Positions 27,217 to 32,999 of a stretch of 35,716 nt of DNA are shown here, piece by piece (position 1 is the first letter of the stretch; the number at the start of each line of letters is the position of its first letter). The DNA lies in assembly GCA_964497325.1 (NCBI GenBank), contig CAZCCM010000003.1, forward strand, positions 2,259 to 37,974, given 5' to 3'. The notes under the pieces are model-generated. The model saw nothing but the letters and a program-made list of their open reading frames with translations, was not told where the DNA came from and made no database searches. The DNA comes from an uncultured Lachnospiraceae bacterium (GTDB lineage Bacteria; Bacillota; Clostridia; TANB77; CAG-508). Position numbers and translations under genes: made by a program.

Positions 27217-27330
27217 ATATTAAAGATATAGTAAAAGGAAAAATAAATAAATAAAATAGTCCGGGAAAATGGGCCAGATTAAAACTAAATAATAAAAATA
27301 AAACAAATAAAACGATAAAAAGGAAAACAA

Positions 27331-28368
27331 ATGAAACAAAAATTAGAAGAAATTAAAGAACAAGCATTTATTGAAATAGGAAATGCTAAAACAACAAAAG
27401 AAATAGAAGATATTTTACCTATATTTTTAGGTAAAAAAGGTAGGCTTACTAGTATTTTAAAAGGAATAGTTAAATTAACAAATGAAGAAAAAAAAGAAAT
27501 TGGAAGTTTAGCTAATTCTATAAAAGAAGAAATTTTAAATAAAGTAGAATTAAGAAAAGAGGAACTTTTAGAAGAAGAAGTTGTTGTTGATGAATTTTTT
27601 GATGTTAGTATTCCTGGGAAAAAGATTCCTTCAGGAGGATTACATTTAGTTACACAGATGATGTATGACCTAAATGATGCATTTACTTCAATGGGGTTTG
27701 AAATATTTGAAGGTCCTGAGATAACATCAGAACAATTTGCTTTTGATAATTTAAATTTCCCTATAAATCATCCAGCAAGAGAATCAATGGATACATATTG
27801 GTTAGAAGGATATGAAGATAAGGATGCATATAATAAAATTTGTTTAAGACCACATTTGACTGGTGCATCTGTAAGATATTTAAAGGAAAAAGGAGCTCCT
27901 TCTAGAGTTATATATCCTGGAATAGTATATAGAAATGAAGCTACAGATCCAAGACATGAGAGAATGTTTATTCAATATGAAGCTTTAATAGTAGATAAAG
28001 ATTTTAATTTTTCATCAGGTAAAATATTAGTTGATGCAATTTTAGAAAAAGTATTTGGAAGAAAAGTTGACACTAGAATGAGAACAGGGTTCTTTCCTTT
28101 TGTAGAACCAGGTTTTGAAATTGATATGAAATGTTTAGTATGTAATGGTGAAGGCTGTAGAACATGTAATCATGTAGGATGGATTGAAGTAATGCCAGGT
28201 GGAGCACCACATCCAAATGTTCTTAAGGCAGCAGGCTTAGATCCAGATGAATATTCAGGATTTTATATTAATATAGGTTTAGATAGACTAGCTATGATGA
28301 AATATTTAATAAATGATGTTAGAAACTTCTATTCAGGAGACTTAAGATTTTTAAGTCAATTTAAATAA
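27331..28368 (+). CDS. pheS: Phenylalanine--tRNA ligase alpha subunit
   Basis: Class II motifs FPINHPARESMDTYW, VYRNE and GFFPFVEPGFEID...GLDRLAMM. A CxxC...CxxC insertion (CLVCNGEGCRTCNH) is present. Confidence 0.95.
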   Translation: MKQKLEEIKEQAFIEIGNAKTTKEIEDILPIFLGKKGRLTSILKGIVKLTNEEKKEIGSLANSIKEEILNKVELRKEELLEEEVVVDEFFDVSIPGKKIPSGGLHLVTQMMYDLNDAFTSMGFEIFEGPEITSEQFAFDNLNFPINHPARESMDTYWLEGYEDKDAYNKICLRPHLTGASVRYLKEKGAPSRVIYPGIVYRNEATDPRHERMFIQYEALIVDKDFNFSSGKILVDAILEKVFGRKVDTRMRTGFFPFVEPGFEIDMKCLVCNGEGCRTCNHVGWIEVMPGGAPHPNVLKAAGLDPDEYSGFYINIGLDRLAMMKYLINDVRNFYSGDLRFLSQFK

Positions 28369-28397
28369 AAAATATAATACAAGAAATATATAAAACA

Positions 28398-28422
28398 AAA
28401 TAGATTAAAATAGATTAAAATA
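28398..28422. repeat. Tandem 10-nt repeat TAGATTAAAA x2, creating two overlapping copies of AAATAGATTAAAATA
   Basis: Read directly in the pheS-pheT spacer. The same 15-mer also occurs at 9056-9070. Confidence 0.8.
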
Positions 28423-28445
28423 AATAAAAAAGACAGAGGTTAGAA

Positions 28446-30893
28446 ATGAAATTATCTTTAAATTGGATAAAAAAATATGTAGATTTACCAAAGAATTTAA
28501 CTCCTAAACAATTATCTTATGACTTAACTATGAGAACAGTTGAAGTAGAAGAAATTGAAGATTTAGCTTTAAAATATAGGGGAATAGTGGTAGGAAAAGT
28601 TCTTTCAGTTGAAAAGCATTCAAATGCGGATTCACTTAAAGTGTGTAAAGTTGATGTTGGTAAAGAAAAAATATATCAAATAGTATGTGGTGGTACAAAT
28701 GTAGCAAAAGATCAATTGGTAATAGTTGCTCTTCCAGGCTCATATGTTAGATGGCATGGTGAAGGTGATTTAGTTCTTTTAGAAGAAACTAAGTTAAGAG
28801 GAGAGATTTCTCAAGGTATGATTTGTGCAGCATCAGAATTAATGTTAGATGATATATTTATAGGTGAAACAGATCATATGATTACAGATATAACTAAATA
28901 TGGTTTTAAGGTAGGAGAGAATATAGCAGATGTGTTAGGACTTAATGATTATATTATAGATATTGATAATAAATCACTTACAAATAGACCAGACTTGTGG
29001 TCACATTATGGAATGGCAAGAGAACTTGCTGCTATATATAACGTAAGTCTTAAAAACATAATTGACGAAGAATTTGTTCAATATTTAAGTTTAGATGAAA
29101 AACCAGAATATAGTATTGAAATTGAAGATGAAGATTTATGTAAAAGATTTGTTGGAATTGTTGCTGATAATGTAGAAGTGAAAGAATCACCTTTAGAACT
29201 TAAGATAGCACTTCATAATATTGGTGAAAATCCTATTAATTTGTTAGTAGATATTTCAAATTATATTATGTTTTCTTTGGGACAACCGACTCATTTTTAT
29301 GACTATACTCATGTAAAAAATGGACTTATAATAAGAAGAGCAAAAGAAGGTGAAAAACTTATAACACTAGGTGATGAAGAATTAAATTTAAGTCCTAACA
29401 ATTTAGTAATAGCAGATCATGAAAAAGTTTTAGGTTTAGCTGGTATTATAGGTGGTAAAAATGATTCAATTTCTCCTGATACTAAAAAGATAGTTATAGA
29501 AATGGCTAACTTTAATGCTATAAATGTTAGAACGACTGCACAAGAGTATAATCAAAGAACTGAAGCTTCTATTAGATTTGAAAAACAAATTGATCCACAA
29601 AGAATAGATTTATCTTATACAATGCTATTTACAATGTTAAGAAAATATTATCCAGAATTAAGAATTTTAGAATTTAAAGATGTTAGAGCAGAGGATTTAA
29701 ATCTTAAAAAAGAAGTTATTATTGAAATAAAGCAAAGTTTTATAAATAATAGATTAGGAAAAATTATTGAATCAGAAACAATTTTAGATTATTTAGATAA
29801 ATTAGGTTTTCAAGTTGAAGAAATAGATTTAGGAGAAGATTGTTTATATAAAATAAAAGTTCCTAGTTGGAGAGCAACAGGGGATGTTTCTTTAAAAGAG
29901 GATATTGTTGAAGAAATAGGAAGAATGGAAGGTTATGAAAATTTTGATGTAACTACTCATAAAGTAGAATTAAATTATCCTATAATACAAAATGATCAAC
30001 AGTTTATTAGAAAATTAAAGGAATATTTAAGCTTTAGAAATGGGATGCAAGAAATAATACTTTATCCTTTTATTCATGAAAAATATATTGATGCAATGGG
30101 ACTTGATAAAACTGAATTATTAACTTTAGCAGACCCACCATCACCTGAAACTAAATATATAAGAAAATCTTTAATACCAGGAATCTTATCTGCAATTGAA
30201 ACTAATTTGAAAAATTATGATGAGTTTAGACTATATGAAGTTGGTAAAGTTTATTCAAAAAATAAGATGGAAGAGGAAGGACAAGAAAACCTTCCGATTC
30301 ATAATAGAAGGCTTTCAGGTGCTATTGTAGGCAAGGATGCTGAAGATATCTTCTTTGCTACTAAAGGAATTATTGAAGAGATGGCTCATATAGTTCAAAT
30401 ACAAAATTTAGAATTAGCTAAATTAGAAGAGTTAGATTATATAGAAAAAAATGCATATTTAAATATAATTTGCAATAATAGAGTTGTAGGAACTTTTGGA
30501 TTATTATCAAAAAAGACAATGGTTAAAGCTGGAATCAAAAATACGAATGTATGTATTTTTGATATAAACTTAGATAAAATAGAAATTAATAAAACAAGAG
30601 AAAATGATTTTAAAGAATTACCACAATATCCTTTAGTGAAAGTTGATTTAAGTATGATTGTAGATAAGAAAGTAACTTGGGATGAAATAAAAGAAATTGC
30701 ATTAAAAACAGCAGATGAAGTAATATTTGTTGAGGAATACAAAGGAGAACAAGTACCAGAAAACAAAAAATCAATAATGTTCCATATGATTTATATTGGA
30801 AGAGAAAAAACATTAACAGATAAAGACATTAAAGAAAAAACAGATAAAATTATCTCTGATTTTAACGAAATTGGTGCTTTAATTAGATCATAA
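28446..30893 (+). CDS. pheT: Phenylalanine--tRNA ligase beta subunit
   Basis: MKLSLNWIKKYVDL at the N-terminus, a tRNA-binding OB domain (HSNADSLKVCKVDVG), B3/4 and B5 regions and a C-terminal FDX-ACB domain. Confidence 0.95.
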   Translation: MKLSLNWIKKYVDLPKNLTPKQLSYDLTMRTVEVEEIEDLALKYRGIVVGKVLSVEKHSNADSLKVCKVDVGKEKIYQIVCGGTNVAKDQLVIVALPGSYVRWHGEGDLVLLEETKLRGEISQGMICAASELMLDDIFIGETDHMITDITKYGFKVGENIADVLGLNDYIIDIDNKSLTNRPDLWSHYGMARELAAIYNVSLKNIIDEEFVQYLSLDEKPEYSIEIEDEDLCKRFVGIVADNVEVKESPLELKIALHNIGENPINLLVDISNYIMFSLGQPTHFYDYTHVKNGLIIRRAKEGEKLITLGDEELNLSPNNLVIADHEKVLGLAGIIGGKNDSISPDTKKIVIEMANFNAINVRTTAQEYNQRTEASIRFEKQIDPQRIDLSYTMLFTMLRKYYPELRILEFKDVRAEDLNLKKEVIIEIKQSFINNRLGKIIESETILDYLDKLGFQVEEIDLGEDCLYKIKVPSWRATGDVSLKEDIVEEIGRMEGYENFDVTTHKVELNYPIIQNDQQFIRKLKEYLSFRNGMQEIILYPFIHEKYIDAMGLDKTELLTLADPPSPETKYIRKSLIPGILSAIETNLKNYDEFRLYEVGKVYSKNKMEEEGQENLPIHNRRLSGAIVGKDAEDIFFATKGIIEEMAHIVQIQNLELAKLEELDYIEKNAYLNIICNNRVVGTFGLLSKKTMVKAGIKNTNVCIFDINLDKIEINKTRENDFKELPQYPLVKVDLSMIVDKKVTWDEIKEIALKTADEVIFVEEYKGEQVPENKKSIMFHMIYIGREKTLTDKDIKEKTDKIISDFNEIGALIRS

Positions 30894-30894
30894 T

Positions 30895-31734
30895 ATGGAA
30901 GATTTGAAGGGAAAAGTAGCCATTGTAACTGGTGCTTTTACAGGAATAGGGAAAGAAATTACTAAACTATTAATAGCTAATGGTGTTATTGTTGTTGGTA
31001 CGGGCAGAAATAATAAGAATGCTTTAGAATTACAAAAAGAACTTGAAGAAAAGTATATAGTTAAAAAAGTTAAAAAAGATACTAATGAGGAAAAACAAGA
31101 TGATGCAGATATAACTAAAAATAAAGATATTTCTTCATTATTTATTTATCATTTAGGGGATATTACTAAAAATGAAACAATTAAATCTGTTGTAGATTTA
31201 ACTATAAATAAATTTGGAAGAATAGATATCTTAGTAAATAATGCTGGAATAATTGATAGATTTAATACAATACATAATATGACAGATGAATTATGGGATT
31301 ATATTTTAAAAGTAAATATTACAGGTCCTATGAAACTTATAAGAGAAGTTTTGCCTTATATGATAAAGCAAAAGAATGGAAGTATTATAAATATGGGATC
31401 TATAGCTTCAATAAATGGTGGAAGAGGTGGACTAGGATACGTTTCATCTAAACATGCACTTTTAGGGTTAACAAAAAATACAGCTCAAGCTTATGGAAGA
31501 AAAAATATTAGATGTAATTTAGTTGCGCCAAGTTTTAGTCTTACAGGAATTTTAAAACCAAATAAAGGAATTAAAATTAGGGGAGTTGCAATCACAATAA
31601 GAGGTTTAAAATCAGGTTTTAAGATAATAAAAAAACAAGATATAGCTAAGGTAGTATTATTTTTAGCATCAGATAAATCTAAATTTATTAATGGAACATC
31701 TATTGTGATAGATGGTGGATGGAGTGCATATTAA
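30895..31734 (+). CDS. SDR family NAD(P)-dependent oxidoreductase
   Basis: GKVAIVTGAFTGIGKEI (TGxxxGIG), NNAG, Ser...YVSSK (YxxxK) and FINGTSIVIDGGW. It starts 1 nt after the pheT stop. A Lys/Asp-rich insertion of roughly 25 aa lies between beta2 and beta3. Confidence 0.85.
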   Translation: MEDLKGKVAIVTGAFTGIGKEITKLLIANGVIVVGTGRNNKNALELQKELEEKYIVKKVKKDTNEEKQDDADITKNKDISSLFIYHLGDITKNETIKSVVDLTINKFGRIDILVNNAGIIDRFNTIHNMTDELWDYILKVNITGPMKLIREVLPYMIKQKNGSIINMGSIASINGGRGGLGYVSSKHALLGLTKNTAQAYGRKNIRCNLVAPSFSLTGILKPNKGIKIRGVAITIRGLKSGFKIIKKQDIAKVVLFLASDKSKFINGTSIVIDGGWSAY

Positions 31735-31735
31735 A

Positions 31736-32740
31736 ATGAAAAATAAAAAAGAATTAAAAAATGAAAAAAACAAAAATATCAAAGAAAATAAAGATATTAA
31801 AAATAACAAAAAAGTTAATGAAAAAGATGAAAAAAAAATGGATATAAATAAAAGCATTGAAATTGATGTAGTTGATGAGAAAGGTTTTATAAACTTTTTA
31901 ATAAGAATACTTAAAGGTATAGTTATTGGTATGGGAGCAATACTTCCAGGAGTCTCTGGTGGAGCTCTTGCAGTTATTTTTGGGATTTATGAACCAGCTA
32001 TAAAATTTATAAGTAATTTAAAACATAAATTTTGGAAAAATGTTTTATTTTTTATACCAGCAGGCATGGGATTATTATTAGGAGTATTTTTATTTTCCTT
32101 TTTAGTAGAAAAAGCATTTGGAGAATATCTTGCTGTGTTTATAACATTGTTTTTAGGTTTTGTTGCTGGAACAATACCGTCATTATATAGAAAGGCAGGT
32201 TCTAGAGGACGAAGCAAATCTGATAATATTTTATTTGTTGTTGTAGCAATTCTTTTGGTTACAATTATGATATTTGGACAAAAGTGGACTACAAATATAA
32301 AAATTAATACTTTTACTTGGTTGTTCTCAGGAGCACTTCTTGCTTTAGGATTCATTGTCCCAGGATTAACTTCTCCTAATTTTCTTATGTATTTTGGTGT
32401 ATATGATAAATTAGCTGCTGGAATTAATTCTTTAGATTTTTCAATATTAATACCACTAGCAATTGGTGGAATAATATCAATGATTGCTTTTTCAGCATTA
32501 GTTAATTTTTTGTTTAAGAGATATTATACAAAGGTACAACATACTATATTTGGACTTGTTATAGGATCATCTATTGCAATATTGCCTACAATAATTATTC
32601 CTGAGTTTATAGAATTAGGAAAGAATAAAGATACTAACACTCTTATATTTCTTATATTAGTTTCTATAGTTTTATTTTTTATAGGAGCAGGAATAACATA
32701 TTATTTTAGTAAGTTAGAAGAAAAGAAAGTTCAAGAGTAA
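31736..32740 (+). CDS. DUF368 family membrane protein (PopT-type putative undecaprenyl-phosphate translocase)
   Basis: GMGAILPGVSGGALAVIFGIYE and the internally duplicated GFIVPGLTSPNFLMYFGVY are DUF368 hallmarks, with 8-9 TM helices. I prefer ATG 31736 (just after the SDR stop) over the overlapping 31712. The Lys-rich N-terminal tail leaves 31838 as a further alternative. Confidence 0.8.
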   Translation: MKNKKELKNEKNKNIKENKDIKNNKKVNEKDEKKMDINKSIEIDVVDEKGFINFLIRILKGIVIGMGAILPGVSGGALAVIFGIYEPAIKFISNLKHKFWKNVLFFIPAGMGLLLGVFLFSFLVEKAFGEYLAVFITLFLGFVAGTIPSLYRKAGSRGRSKSDNILFVVVAILLVTIMIFGQKWTTNIKINTFTWLFSGALLALGFIVPGLTSPNFLMYFGVYDKLAAGINSLDFSILIPLAIGGIISMIAFSALVNFLFKRYYTKVQHTIFGLVIGSSIAILPTIIIPEFIELGKNKDTNTLIFLILVSIVLFFIGAGITYYFSKLEEKKVQE

Positions 32741-32791
32741 AAAAATATTTAAATAAAATTATAAATAATATAATAATATAAATACATATAA

Positions 32792-32820
32792 AAAGTTTAG
32801 CATAAGCTAAGCTTTTTATT
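32792..32820 (+). terminator. Rho-independent terminator after the DUF368 gene
   Basis: 10-bp stem AAAGTTTAGC / GCTAAGCTTT (one G-U pair) with loop ATAA, followed by TTATT, which continues the T-run. Confidence 0.65.
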
Positions 32821-32960
32821 ACTTTATAGTTAAGAAAGTGTAACAAGAGATAAAAATTATTTAAGATAAAAAAAGAATAATATATAATATATATAAATTA
32901 ATATATTATAATAAAAATTATAAATAAATGTAAAGAACTGTATTAACTGAAAGGAGAGAG

Positions 32961-32987
32961 TGATAGCTTTTTTAATTAAAGCTATCA
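32961..32987 (+). promoter_or_regulatory. Perfect 10-bp palindrome (TGATAGCTTT-N7-AAAGCTATCA) between the SD and start codon of the surface protein gene
   Basis: Read directly. It is flanked by GAAAGGAGAGAG (32949-32960) upstream and ATG 33000 downstream. Neither strand has a T-run after it, so it is not a terminator. Confidence 0.6.
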
Positions 32988-32999
32988 TGTAAGAACAAT

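Noticed and set aside
27217-27330. Possible T-box riboswitch upstream of pheS
   Set aside because: The spacer is only 114 nt. It lacks the conserved T-box sequence, a specifier loop and a terminator/antiterminator. The GTCCGGGAAAATGGGCCAG patch does not match the consensus or fold.
31712-31735. ATG 31712 as the start of the DUF368 gene
   Set aside because: It would overlap the SDR gene by 23 nt. ATG 31736, immediately after the SDR stop and with GGAG about 11 nt upstream, is at least as good. The choice remains uncertain, and 31838 is also possible.
5841-32355. Remaining minus-strand ORFs in the track: 5841-6053, 7204-7494, 7675-7917, 11249-11518, 12056-12286, 13210-13539, 18055-18264, 21025-21309, 23331-23525, 25815-26165, 26295-26555, 26664-26879, 30437-30766, 30610-30813, 31669-31857 and 31987-32355
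   Set aside because: Each is nested antisense in a longer + strand gene that has clear family motifs. Their translations are Ser/Phe/Leu/Ile-rich, as expected for the complement of Lys/Glu/Asn-rich coding sequence in an AT-rich genome.
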